Part shown: in pieces, positions 17,657 to 27,005 of the stretch
How the letters are laid out: each line of letters starts with the position of its first letter
Numbering within the stretch: the first letter of the stretch is position 1
IMG/VR virus record: IMGVR_UViG_3300003660_000066
Location: 1 to 55,205 of that record
Source of the DNA: a virus
Lineage: Duplodnaviria > Caudoviricetes
DNA length: 55,205 nucleotides
Direction: 5' to 3' (one strand)
The notes under the pieces: model-generated
Databases searched by the model: none
What the model was told of the DNA's origin: nothing
What the model saw: the letters and a program-made list of their open reading frames with translations, nothing else
Program-made: the position numbers and the translations under genes

Positions 17657-19504
17657 TTAATCTTGCCGCATCGTCACGCCGACATCCGAGCGCAGTGCGC
17701 CCCGCGCATCGACGCGCTGCTCGATGCGCGCCAGGAAGTCAGGCGACGGCTCGATGATGACCCTGTTCGAGATCACCGCGTCGCCCTTCAATTCCGCTTC
17801 GATCTTGCCGTGCTGCCCGGCGCGGGCGAGCGAGCGATAGACAAGCGAGTCGAGACTGCTCCAAAGATCGCTGACGCCGCTCGCGCCAAATCCGAACTTG
17901 TTCGACCCGGAAGGGATCGACGGAAACCCCGTCATTGCGCTCTTTGGAACGGCGCTCTCGCCGAGATCCGACCCGAGCTGCATATTGATCTGCGGCCGGC
18001 TGTTGTCGACAAATCTCGACCAGAGCGAGGGCGCGGGCGCGCCCTGATCATTGACGCCGTTCAAAAACAGCGCGCGGTTCTTCGCGCCAAAGGGCACAGG
18101 CGACTTCTCCTGAAGCCGCTCGATCGGCTTGCCGTCTGCGCCGGCAAGGAAGCCCGTCTCTTTCGCCGTCTCGAACGCTTTGAGCGTCTTTTCGAGCTGC
18201 GCATTAATCGACGGCAGCGCCCAGCGCGTCAGCCTGTCGCCGACCTCAGACGTCAGCGCGCCGAACCGCTCAAGATGTTTGGACGTCGTTTCGAGATCGA
18301 CGGCGAGGCTCTTGGAGAGCGAGCCCTCGGCCCCGCCGCCGGACAGAGCGGTTTTCAGCCGCTTCATTTCCGGCAGCGCCGATTTGATGCGCAGGAATTC
18401 GTCCCACCATTCCTTGCCGCCGAGACCAACGGCGACGCTCACCGCATCCCTGCTCTTTCCCAACCGCTCGAGCACGTTAAAGATCGTGCCCATCGCGTCT
18501 TTCTTCATGCCGGCTTCGACGCCCGTCGCCGACAGTCCCAGCTTCTTGAGCGCGTCCGGCGCGCCCTTTTGCGCCGACGCCGTGCGCAGACGCGAGGACA
18601 ATTGCCCGAAGGCGCGCGACGAGACGTCTTCCTGCATGCCGACCGAACGCATCGCGGTCAGCGCGATCATCGCATCGTCATAGGCGACGCCGGCTTCTTT
18701 CGCGCCGGCGCTGGTCTTCGCCCACATCGCCGAGATGTCTTTTTCGGCGGCGGCGGAGATGTCGCCGAGGTAATTCACCTTGTTGGCGTAAGTCTCAAGC
18801 TCCTTGTTGGTCCAGCCGGTCTGCGCCTTGATTTCGGCGAGGGTCTGCGCCGCCTCTTTCGCGCCGATGTCCCAGGCCGTCGAGGCCTTCGCGGCCAGCA
18901 TCATGAATTCGGAAAGGTCCTTATAGGCGATGCCGGATTGGCCGGCTTGCGCGGCGAGCGCCGCCATCTCTTCGCGCGAAATGCCGACCTTGCGCGCCAC
19001 CTTGCCGATCATCGCCTCGACATCGGCCCATGTCGCGCCGGCTTCGAGATTGACCTTCTTTTTGACGTCGGCCATCGCCTTGTCGAAAGAGATCGCCTGG
19101 CGAACGCCATAGGCCGTCGCGCCGCCGAGCGCGAGGCCGGAGACAGCCGCGCCGCCCATGCCGAGCATCATGCCGGCGGTTCCCGGCGCTGCGGCGGCAG
19201 CGAAATCGGAAAGGCCCGAGCGAATGCTCGCCATTTTCTGATTGATGGCGGAGACCTTTGAGCCGACCGCAGCGCCAGCAAGGGGAATGCCCCATCCCGC
19301 CGACATGCGCTGCGCGATGCTCGCGTGCAGCTGCGCAGAGCGCCCGACGGCCGACATGCCGCGCGCGACGCTGTCCATGCGGCGCGACGCCGAGGCGGCG
19401 TTCTGCTCCAGCCCGCGCAGCTTCTGCGCGACGGCGGCGAATGTATTGCCGGTCCTGTCCTGCGCCGAGATGACGGCGCGCGTCTCGATCGTCTTGGTGG
19501 CCAT
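17657..19504 (-). CDS. Tail tape measure protein
   Basis: ISAQDRTG N-terminus; AISFDKAMADVKK TP901-type core; GGAGG RBS. Confidence 0.92.
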   Translation of the reverse strand: MATKTIETRAVISAQDRTGNTFAAVAQKLRGLEQNAASASRRMDSVARGMSAVGRSAQLHASIAQRMSAGWGIPLAGAAVGSKVSAINQKMASIRSGLSDFAAAAAPGTAGMMLGMGGAAVSGLALGGATAYGVRQAISFDKAMADVKKKVNLEAGATWADVEAMIGKVARKVGISREEMAALAAQAGQSGIAYKDLSEFMMLAAKASTAWDIGAKEAAQTLAEIKAQTGWTNKELETYANKVNYLGDISAAAEKDISAMWAKTSAGAKEAGVAYDDAMIALTAMRSVGMQEDVSSRAFGQLSSRLRTASAQKGAPDALKKLGLSATGVEAGMKKDAMGTIFNVLERLGKSRDAVSVAVGLGGKEWWDEFLRIKSALPEMKRLKTALSGGGAEGSLSKSLAVDLETTSKHLERFGALTSEVGDRLTRWALPSINAQLEKTLKAFETAKETGFLAGADGKPIERLQEKSPVPFGAKNRALFLNGVNDQGAPAPSLWSRFVDNSRPQINMQLGSDLGESAVPKSAMTGFPSIPSGSNKFGFGASGVSDLWSSLDSLVYRSLARAGQHGKIEAELKGDAVISNRVIIEPSPDFLARIEQRVDARGALRSDVGVTMRQD

Positions 19505-19522
19505 GCGATTCCTCCGGAGCTG

Positions 19523-19702
19523 CTATCGACGGCGCTTCACATCGTCGAGAAACTTTATCGCCTGCGTCGTCCAGAATTGCAGACGCGCCAGCGTCATTGA
19601 TTCGACCGACCAGACGTCTAAGCCGAAGCGGAAGATGAGGACTCTGGCGATGGCGTCGATTGATTCTGTTGCTTGAGCGGCGCCATCGCCTCTTGGAAAA
19701 AA
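19523..19702 (-). CDS. -1 frameshift extension of the tail chaperone (GpE'/gpGT-like)
   Basis: Slippery T TTT TTC at 19702-19696; the -1 frame reads ...FRFGLDVWSVESMTLARLQFWTTQA...RRR* and ends 19 nt before the tape measure gene. Confidence 0.75.
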   Translation of the reverse strand, partial: FFPRGDGAAQATESIDAIARVLIFRFGLDVWSVESMTLARLQFWTTQAIKFLDDVKRRR

Positions 19703-19971
19703 TCCAGCACAGCCTCACGCAGGGCCATCGCATCGCGAAGATTGAGGAATTCCATGAAATTCGGGTCGCAATCCGCGAGCTTCTCGATCCACGCTTGAAC
19801 GACGGAATCAGCGATCTGTTCGAACGCGCCGCCGCCCTTCACATAGACATATGTCGACGGCGCGCCGATCTCGAAGAGTTCGCCGTAGATTGGATCGCGC
19901 AGCGTGATCGACGTGATCTTCACGCCGTTCGGCCCGGCGATGGGCGATGAAAGCTGGATGGTTTTTGGCAT
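19618..19971 (-). CDS. Tail assembly chaperone
   Basis: MPKTIQLSSPI...ITSITLRDP...LDFF; between tube and tape measure genes. Confidence 0.85.
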   Translation of the reverse strand: MPKTIQLSSPIAGPNGVKITSITLRDPIYGELFEIGAPSTYVYVKGGGAFEQIADSVVQAWIEKLADCDPNFMEFLNLRDAMALREAVLDFFQEAMAPLKQQNQSTPSPESSSSASA

Positions 19972-20030
19972 TATTGCCCCGCTTATACCCATTCGCTCCG
20001 GGCCGGCCCGACCGCGAATGCGATAACGAA

Positions 20031-20408
20031 CTACTGCTTGGTCCGCAGATAGGCGTCTGTCGAAATCGAGAGACCGGAGACCTCGCCCGTCTCGAAATTG
20101 ATGGCTGGCTCGCCGATCACCTTGGCGTTCGAGAATTGATGCAGCACGCCGCGATCGATCTCCAGCACGGTGACGTTGTGGAAATCGCGCATGAAGGCTT
20201 CGTTGAAGCGATCGATCTCTTTCGGGCCGACGTCGAAGGTGAATTCCGCCGTCGCCGGCTTGTTCATCGTCCCGAAGCCGACGCTTTGGTCGTGGTTGGG
20301 ATAGACTGTGTTCTCCTGCCGCGCAGGCCGGATCACCGGCGCCGTGCGCGGAATATAGCTGACGCCGTCGATGGTGACGCGCGTGCGGCCGCCTGCCTGG
20401 TGGCTCAT
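20031..20408 (-). CDS. Tail tube protein (Mu gpM-like)
   Basis: AGGRTRVTIDG start; 125 aa; follows the sheath. Confidence 0.8.
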   Translation of the reverse strand: MSHQAGGRTRVTIDGVSYIPRTAPVIRPARQENTVYPNHDQSVGFGTMNKPATAEFTFDVGPKEIDRFNEAFMRDFHNVTVLEIDRGVLHQFSNAKVIGEPAINFETGEVSGLSISTDAYLRTKQ

Positions 20409-20472
20409 GGCTCAAATTCCTTTTTCATGGTGCGAAGAGGAAGCTGCTTTATCGCGCGATATGGAGGTCGCG

Positions 20473-20631
20473 CTATAGAGCGGTGAATCTCTCTGCCAAG
20501 ATCGACAGACCAGCCAGAACCCTCAGCGACAAAGAAATTGCGAGACGCCAGCATAGACATGCCAGCCGCCAGCACTGTCTCGTCGTATCGTTATGATCGC
20601 TGGGTGGCTCGGAAATGCGCTCTTTTTTCAT
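20473..20631 (-). CDS. 52-aa hypothetical protein between sheath and tube
   Basis: MKKERISEPP...CWRLACLCWRLAISLSLRVLAGLSILAERFTAL; lower-GC ~230-bp insert. Confidence 0.4.
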   Translation of the reverse strand: MKKERISEPPSDHNDTTRQCWRLACLCWRLAISLSLRVLAGLSILAERFTAL

Positions 20632-20639
20632 TTTTGCAC

Positions 20640-22142
20640 CTAGATATTCGCCGCGTTGAGGAACGTCGTGGCGTTGCCCGCGAAGATCCTGAGCTGGTTC
20701 GCCACGTCGAGCGGCAGATAGACGTTGACCCGGTTGGGATCGCTCGCCTGTTCGACGACGAGATTGTCGGCGAAGAGCTGCTTGTTCTTCATCACGCCGG
20801 CGTCGACGAGGCGCGAATAGGCGTGGATGACCGTCGACTTGATGTCGGTCGGCGTCGTGAAGCCCTGCAGATTGCCCGGATTGTCCGGAATCAGCGCGAC
20901 GCGCGCATAGACCGAGGTGACGACCTGCTTGAGATAGCGCAGCGCATAGGCGGTCTGGTAGCGCGTCTCGACGTCGAGCCATGTCGCGTCCGGCGAGCCC
21001 CAGGCGTTGAGCTGATAGGTCGAGATCAGCCGATTGATCGCCACCTGGCCGTCCGGCGTGACGTGATAGCCGGAGATCCCGTCATAATAGAGCGTCTGGA
21101 AGTCGGGCGTCGTCCAGAGATGCGCGATGCTTTTCGGCGGCATGACCTCCTTGAGGATCAGCGAATGCATCGGCCGCGAAATCTCGCCGGCCTGCGAGAG
21201 GTCAGCGCCGAGATTCTTGTGCGCCTGCACCTGCGCGCCGATCGCCGCCGCCCAGATCCATGTCGGCGTCGGCGAGCCGTTATAGCCCATGATATGGGTG
21301 TTGGGATCGTTGCGGGCGTTGCCGAGCGTCGATTGCGCCGAGAGATTGCCGGAATTCGCGGTGAACGCGCCGCCATAAAGACCCTGCAGCGGCTCCCACC
21401 GCGCGCCGAGGAAATCGCGCATCGCATTGAGCGAGGTCGCGTCGGCGTAGGGGAAGGAGATCATGTCGAATTCGGTCGCGCCGCAGGCGGCGAGGCCGGC
21501 GGTCAGCGTCGGCGTGCCGGAACCTGGCGTCGTCGCCGCGATGGTGATCAGCGCGGCGTTCGGGCCCTCGTCGCCGATCCGGTCCTTTTCGACGCCGATC
21601 GTATTGCCGACGAGACCGACGTGGCGCGCCGTCAGCGTGACGACCCCGAGCGCCGAGGTCGCCGAGACCGGATGCAGATAGGTCTGGCCGTCGAGATCGA
21701 CCCAGCCGGCGTTGATCGCGGCGGCGAGCGCGGCGGCGACGGTCGTCACCGTGTCGGCGGCGGTGACGCTGACCGTCACCCTGCGCCCGGCGATGTAGAG
21801 GACGGCGACGCCAGGCGTCAGCGTGCCGGCGATCGTCGCGGTCCAGACGGCGGCGGCGCCGGAAGGATCTGCGAGCGGCAAAGCCCACAGCTCGCCGATC
21901 TGATTGTTCTTCTTGGCGACGCGGATCATGTCGACCAGCATCGAGCCGGCGCCGAAGCGCGCCTCGATGTCGTCGATCTGCACGATCTGCGGGACATCCG
22001 CCGCCGCGGCGCCGCCGGACAGCTTCTGGCCGATGACGAGATGCTTGGAATTGCCGGCGAAGAAGGAAAGCCCGCTGTTGACCTCCGCATAGAAGAGCGG
22101 GGGCCTCAAATTGGTGGGGATCTGATTAAAGGCGACGCCCAT
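20640..22142 (-). CDS. Contractile tail sheath (Mu gpL-like)
   Basis: FNQIPTNLRPPLFYAE, FGAGSML, DPNRVNV, NQLRIFA motifs. Confidence 0.95.
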   Translation of the reverse strand: MGVAFNQIPTNLRPPLFYAEVNSGLSFFAGNSKHLVIGQKLSGGAAAADVPQIVQIDDIEARFGAGSMLVDMIRVAKKNNQIGELWALPLADPSGAAAVWTATIAGTLTPGVAVLYIAGRRVTVSVTAADTVTTVAAALAAAINAGWVDLDGQTYLHPVSATSALGVVTLTARHVGLVGNTIGVEKDRIGDEGPNAALITIAATTPGSGTPTLTAGLAACGATEFDMISFPYADATSLNAMRDFLGARWEPLQGLYGGAFTANSGNLSAQSTLGNARNDPNTHIMGYNGSPTPTWIWAAAIGAQVQAHKNLGADLSQAGEISRPMHSLILKEVMPPKSIAHLWTTPDFQTLYYDGISGYHVTPDGQVAINRLISTYQLNAWGSPDATWLDVETRYQTAYALRYLKQVVTSVYARVALIPDNPGNLQGFTTPTDIKSTVIHAYSRLVDAGVMKNKQLFADNLVVEQASDPNRVNVYLPLDVANQLRIFAGNATTFLNAANI

Positions 22143-22171
22143 GGGTCTGGTCCTTCAGTAGCGCGGGAAGA

Positions 22172-22519
22172 TTATTCAGCGGCGGCGGTTCGGCGCGCGC
22201 GAGGCGAAGAGTCTTTCTGACCGACCGCCGTGGTTTCCATCCCCTCGTCAGCGGGAGCAGGAGGCGCCAGCATTGACGACTCGGCAGCGGCTTTCAGCCC
22301 ATCGGCATAGGCGTTCATTTCATCGGCGAGGCCGCGGGGATCGGCGGCCTTGTCTGCGGCGGGCTCAGCCTCGACGACATCGCCGGTGAGGATGAGGCGC
22401 CGCCAGAGCAGTGAATCCTCGACCCACGCGCCTTCCGGCGGCAGGGGGCGCATGTCGCGATCGGCCTGGCGCACGAGCGCGTCGTCGACGGCGGGCTTGA
22501 CGAAAATCTTGCCGGTCAT
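22172..22519 (-). CDS. DUF2635/Mu gp38-like small protein with a C-terminal extension
   Basis: IFVKPA...VR...PLPPEGAWV...WRRLILTGDV; immediately before the sheath. Confidence 0.8.
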   Translation of the reverse strand: MTGKIFVKPAVDDALVRQADRDMRPLPPEGAWVEDSLLWRRLILTGDVVEAEPAADKAADPRGLADEMNAYADGLKAAAESSMLAPPAPADEGMETTAVGQKDSSPRARRTAAAE

Positions 22520-22571
22520 TTTGTCTCCACTTCGCGCGAGCGGTCGAACTGGTTCGGAGCGAGAGCGCAAA

Positions 22572-23333
22572 TCACTGCGGGATATTCCAGGTCGCGATCT
22601 GAGGATCGTCAGGATGTTCGGATGGCGGAACCTGCGGCGGCGGCGGAATAGTCGCGACCATCTCCTCGAAGGCGGGCCGCGCCGGCGCGGTCAGGAGATC
22701 TGCGAGACGCGCGGCCTTTTCGCGCTCGGGCGAGTCGCTCGGCCAGGCAAGCGCGACGCTCTTCCATGGCTCCGGCAGTCGATCGAGGCCCGACAGCGAA
22801 GCGTCGAAGATCGGGATTTCAGGATCGGCGATCTCTATCGAATAGGTGACGTAGCGCAGCGCGAATTTCGCCGAGGACTTCGGATCGGTGAAGCGGATCG
22901 CTGTCTTTTTCGACGTCTGCTTGGTCAGCAGCCGAAAGGCGACGCTCGCCGGCTCGACGCGCCGAAACAGGGCGAGCTCCGCCTGGCCTTCGATCACGTC
23001 GAGCGTCATTTCGAGGTGATCGTCGGTCAGCGGCGCATCGACGACATAGGCCTCGTCGTTTTCCGACTTGAACAGGCCTTGCATGGCGATCTCGAGCACA
23101 AGCTCAATTTCGGGCCGGAAGGGCGGGCCGCCATTAGCCGAGGACAGCGCCTCGCCGGAATCCTGCTCGGTATAGACGCCGATCGAGCCCGCGACGTCGG
23201 CAAGATTCGGCATGAAGGTTTCAGGATCGAGCGCGGCGATGCGCGAGTCGAACACCTGCTCGCCGACCAGCGTCATGTTGCGCAGCGCCGCGCAGGCGGC
23301 AAGACGCAGAAAGGAACGGCCGAACGCGCTCAT
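22572..23333 (-). CDS. Putative tail completion/terminator protein
   Basis: TLVGEQVFDSRI and IGVYTEQD motifs; start placed at MSAFGRSF. Confidence 0.6.
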   Translation of the reverse strand: MSAFGRSFLRLAACAALRNMTLVGEQVFDSRIAALDPETFMPNLADVAGSIGVYTEQDSGEALSSANGGPPFRPEIELVLEIAMQGLFKSENDEAYVVDAPLTDDHLEMTLDVIEGQAELALFRRVEPASVAFRLLTKQTSKKTAIRFTDPKSSAKFALRYVTYSIEIADPEIPIFDASLSGLDRLPEPWKSVALAWPSDSPEREKAARLADLLTAPARPAFEEMVATIPPPPQVPPSEHPDDPQIATWNIPQ

Positions 23334-23412
23334 GACTCTCGCGAGCGGCTGGAGTATGGCGCCGATGTTTCGAGCGCCAAGAAGCAATCACCCAGAGCGA
23401 GCGAGCAAAGAG

Positions 23413-23811
23413 TCATTGGACCCCCAGTCTCACGACGCGCAGCTTGACGCGGGCGAGGCCGTCCTCAAGCACGCCGGAGACTTCATAGACCGCGCCGTCA
23501 GAGACGCGGATGAAGCGGTCCTTGGCGCGCGCCCGATAGGGCAGCGCCGCAGCGGCGACGTCGATCTGCGCTTCGCTCGCGCCATGCTGAGAGGCGACGC
23601 CCTTGGACATGCCGGAGGCGTTGCGCTCGCCGATCGGATCGAACAACTGCGCCGACTCGGTCAGCGCCGCGACGAGCGCGACTTGCGCGCGATCCGGATC
23701 TGCGACGAGCCGGCCGCCGACCTGCGCCATCGGATGAAAGAGGAAGTCCGCGCCGAAGCAATCATCGATGTTCGACGCGGCCGCCGCCCATTCGTCTGAG
23801 AAGCGCGACAT
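23413..23811 (-). CDS. Head-tail joining protein (gpFII-like)
   Basis: Position after the capsid; KDRFIR...YEV...DG C-terminal beta motif. Confidence 0.6.
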   Translation of the reverse strand: MSRFSDEWAAAASNIDDCFGADFLFHPMAQVGGRLVADPDRAQVALVAALTESAQLFDPIGERNASGMSKGVASQHGASEAQIDVAAAALPYRARAKDRFIRVSDGAVYEVSGVLEDGLARVKLRVVRLGVQ

Positions 23812-23828
23812 GGTAAGCGCGCCCCTGT

Positions 23829-24848
23829 TTAGGTGCGCTTGCCCTTGATGAGCGACTTCGGACGCGTGCAGTAATTGAGGGCGTTCATCTGTGTGTCGAG
23901 ATTTACGCCCTTGCCGTTCTTCATCTCATACTGCTTGGAATACATCGGCCGACCGAGCGTGTTGACGGTCTCGACATAGTCCGCCGGCGCGAACACGGTC
24001 CTGAATAGGCCAGGCACGCCTTCCGGGAAGATGTGGCATTTGTCTGCGTTGACGAACGGCGTGCCGCCATAGGAGCCGCGATAATTCTCCCAGACGATGC
24101 CGCCGAACTCGAAGGCGCCATAGGACTGGCCATTCGCCTCGATATAGCCTTCGCGCAGGATCTTCGCTTCAGACCACCCGTCGTAGGTCGCGCGAACTTC
24201 GGTGTGGGCGAGGAGATCGTCGAAGAAGTTATCGCCGCAGAACGCGCGCAGGCCGGAGAACGGGACGCCGTCGAGAATGCCGGCGACCTGCCGATAGACG
24301 CCGGCGCATTTCTTGCGCAGCGCGCCCGCGGCTGGCGTGGCGTTGTCGAGATCGAAGTCGATCTCGCCCTCCTGCGAAACGCCGAATTCGGTGAACAGGT
24401 TCAGCGTCGAAGCGTCCGCATAGGTGATGACGCCGATGACGGCGCCGACGCGGGCGTGCTCAAGCGTCATCATCAGAGATGCGCCCGCTTCGGCCATGCG
24501 CTCCATGATTTTCATCTGGACCGTTTCGAGGCCGCTTTCGTCGCCGAACGGGCGCACGTTCTGGACCTCTTCCGCATACACCGCGTCATTGATCTCGAAA
24601 TGCGGCACGACGAGCGAGCGCATGGTGCGCTTCGCCTTGTCCATCGTTTCGCCCGGCGCGCCGCGCGGCGACGGCGCCACGAGCTTCAGCACGCCGTCTT
24701 TTTCCTCGATCGACACGGTCGTCGTCGAGATTGCGGAGTTGATGAAAAGCCCAGACGCGGAAAGCCGGCCGGGAACGAATTTCAGCTTATTGATCGCATC
24801 GGTAAGCGAAGTAATGCTGAAAGCGTCGCCTTTGAAGACGTCCAACAT
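23829..24848 (-). CDS. Major capsid protein, lambda gpE family
   Basis: DAFSITSLTDAINK, FEFGGIVWENYRG, FAPADYVETVNTLG, QMNALNYCTRP motifs. Confidence 0.95.
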   Translation of the reverse strand: MLDVFKGDAFSITSLTDAINKLKFVPGRLSASGLFINSAISTTTVSIEEKDGVLKLVAPSPRGAPGETMDKAKRTMRSLVVPHFEINDAVYAEEVQNVRPFGDESGLETVQMKIMERMAEAGASLMMTLEHARVGAVIGVITYADASTLNLFTEFGVSQEGEIDFDLDNATPAAGALRKKCAGVYRQVAGILDGVPFSGLRAFCGDNFFDDLLAHTEVRATYDGWSEAKILREGYIEANGQSYGAFEFGGIVWENYRGSYGGTPFVNADKCHIFPEGVPGLFRTVFAPADYVETVNTLGRPMYSKQYEMKNGKGVNLDTQMNALNYCTRPKSLIKGKRT

Positions 24849-24883
24849 TTGCGTATCTCCTGATTGCGTCTGTTGGACGCGGG

Positions 24884-25558
24884 TTAGCGAACGATGACGC
24901 CGACGGCGGCGAGCTCGGCGATTTTCGTCGCCTTCTTCGGCGCGTCGTCGACGGCGGCGTCATAGGTGAGCAGATTGCCGTTCACCTCGGCGTGCCGGAC
25001 GATGCCGACATCGATCGCGTCGGCCGAAGTGGCGTCGACGCCATTGAGCAGGATCGCCGCGGCGACCTCGGAGCCGTCCGTGTTCGTCGGATCGGCGCTG
25101 CGATATTTGCCGACGCCGGTCGGGTCCGCGATAGTGATGGCGAGCGTGAATTGCGCGGCGGCGGAGAAATCCGTCGAGCCGTCGGCGATGGTGAACTTCA
25201 CCTGGCCGTCATAGGCGACGCCGACCGATGCATGACCGTCGATCGTGCCGTCGGGGCGGACGACTTCGAACTGACCAGCGTCGGCTCCAGCCTCGATCAG
25301 CCGGACCTTATAGGTGCCTTCCTGCACCCCGGCGCCATAGGCAGGCGTCGCCTTCGTCAGCACGCCATTGCCTGTGCCCGTGAAGGCCGGATTGCCGACC
25401 GTCACCGCGCCTTTGTCGGCCAGCACCTTGCCGAGCACGTGGCCGGCGCGCAGCACGCCCTCCCCGGAGAGAATGGTGATTTTTTCGCGGCTGTAGTGGC
25501 CGTCGCCTTCGTTCATGATGAATTCGCCCGCGTGACGGGCTTCGGTCAATGCCGCCAT
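24884..25558 (-). CDS. Head decoration protein (gpD-like) with an internal insertion
   Basis: YSREKITI...GHVLGK and DGSEVAAAIL motifs split by a ~100-aa beta-rich insert. Confidence 0.85.
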   Translation of the reverse strand: MAALTEARHAGEFIMNEGDGHYSREKITILSGEGVLRAGHVLGKVLADKGAVTVGNPAFTGTGNGVLTKATPAYGAGVQEGTYKVRLIEAGADAGQFEVVRPDGTIDGHASVGVAYDGQVKFTIADGSTDFSAAAQFTLAITIADPTGVGKYRSADPTNTDGSEVAAAILLNGVDATSADAIDVGIVRHAEVNGNLLTYDAAVDDAPKKATKIAELAAVGVIVR

Positions 25559-25611
25559 GGAAATCTCCTATGTGTTGGCGGTTGCGCGGCCCGTCACCGG
25601 ACTCGCGAAGA

Positions 25612-26061
25612 TCAGACGCGAAACCGCGCGTTCGCTTTGGCGACGACGGAATCCCAACCGTGACTGGCGTCACGCGGCGCTTTCTCGCCGCCGGGCCCGA
25701 GATCGGGCCGTCGCTGTTCGGACATCGCTTTGGCGAGCGGCGAGAGTGCTTCCTTCGCGGCCTCGGCCGGCGCTTTCTCCAATGCGGCGAGCGCCTGTTC
25801 GGCCGACTGATCGGTTTCGAAGGCGAAGTGGCGCGCGAGGGACTCGCGGCCTTTGGCCTTGTCATCGTCGAGAATGGCGGCGATGCGCTTGCGCTCCGCC
25901 GACGCGCCTTCCTTGACGCCCTCGGCCTTGCCGGCTGTTTCCCCTTCGACATGTCCAGCAGCGCGGGCCGCAGAAACGCCGGCGTCATATTCCGCCTGCG
26001 AATAGGTTTTGGTCGGCTCCTTGGCCGCGAGCACGCTCGAAACCAGTGAACTGTTGCTCAT
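25612..26061 (-). CDS. Scaffold-like protein
   Basis: GASAERKRIAAIL motif typical of Nu3/gpC C-termini; helical and Ala-rich. Confidence 0.65.
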   Translation of the reverse strand: MSNSSLVSSVLAAKEPTKTYSQAEYDAGVSAARAAGHVEGETAGKAEGVKEGASAERKRIAAILDDDKAKGRESLARHFAFETDQSAEQALAALEKAPAEAAKEALSPLAKAMSEQRRPDLGPGGEKAPRDASHGWDSVVAKANARFRV

Positions 26062-26084
26062 TTCCAGTGTCTCCGATTGTCGGC

Positions 26085-27005
26085 CTAACGGGCCATTTCG
26101 CGAACGAAGAGATCGAACGCCTCATTGACGTGGCCGAAGGCGTCGGCCATCCCCATCGCGACGGCGTCGCGGCCATCGAAAGATGCGGCCTCTGTCGTCA
26201 TCGCCTGTTTCGCGGTGAAGCGCGCGCCACGATTTCTACCAACCGACGCCGCAAAGGTTTCGCGGATCCGCTCGAGATCCTGAATGATGGCGGCAGACGC
26301 CTGCTCGCTCAGCGCTTCGTAGGGGTTGCCCTCGGCCTTTCGCTTGCCGGCGCGTAGCACTGTGACTTTGACGCCATCTTTTTCGAGTGCTTTCGAATAG
26401 TCCGCGTGCAGGGAAATCGCGCCGATCGAGCCGATTGATCCATGCTCCGGCATGATGATCTGACGCGCGGCGCTCGCCAGCGCGTAGCCGGCCGAAAGCG
26501 CATGATCCGTCAGCAGCGCCAGCGTCGGCTTCTCGGCGGAGAGCTTGGCTAGCATCTCCGAAGTCTCCATAAGCCCGGCGGCCTCGCCGCCATACGAGTC
26601 GACCTCGAAAACGACGCCACGCACTTTTGGATCGCGCGCTGCGCGGACGATTTGCGCCTGCAGACCCTGATATGAGGTTCGGCCACTCGACGCGCCGACA
26701 TAATTCCCCTTGTGAACCAGCGTGCCTTCGATCGGAATGACGGCGACATTGCCGACCATGTCGTAGACGGGCGTTTCAGTGCGATCGTAAGAGCGGCCGG
26801 TGCGGTCGCCGAGACGACCAGCAGACGGACGCCCTCCTTGAAAGGCGTGATGATCGATCGCCTCCGCGCCGATAAAGACAATTTCCGCGGCGCCGAAAAT
26901 ACGCGGGCCCAACGCCTCTACGATCGCTGCCGCTTTCGCTTCGTCGACGCAAAGGCGCGCGGGATCGAACAGGCGCGCGGCGATCTCGGGCAGCAAAATC
27001 GTCAT
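26085..27005 (-). CDS. Prohead protease, S49 family (gpC-like)
   Basis: VAVIPIEGTLV, VDSYGGEA, SAGYALAS, GSIG, AGKRKAEGNPYE motifs. Confidence 0.93.
   Translation of the reverse strand: MTILLPEIAARLFDPARLCVDEAKAAAIVEALGPRIFGAAEIVFIGAEAIDHHAFQGGRPSAGRLGDRTGRSYDRTETPVYDMVGNVAVIPIEGTLVHKGNYVGASSGRTSYQGLQAQIVRAARDPKVRGVVFEVDSYGGEAAGLMETSEMLAKLSAEKPTLALLTDHALSAGYALASAARQIIMPEHGSIGSIGAISLHADYSKALEKDGVKVTVLRAGKRKAEGNPYEALSEQASAAIIQDLERIRETFAASVGRNRGARFTAKQAMTTEAASFDGRDAVAMGMADAFGHVNEAFDLFVREMAR

Noticed and set aside
19618-20415. 265-aa ORF in the track overlapping the tube gene
   Set aside because: Only the part from 19971 resembles a chaperone; the upstream extension overlaps the tube gene and a repeat.
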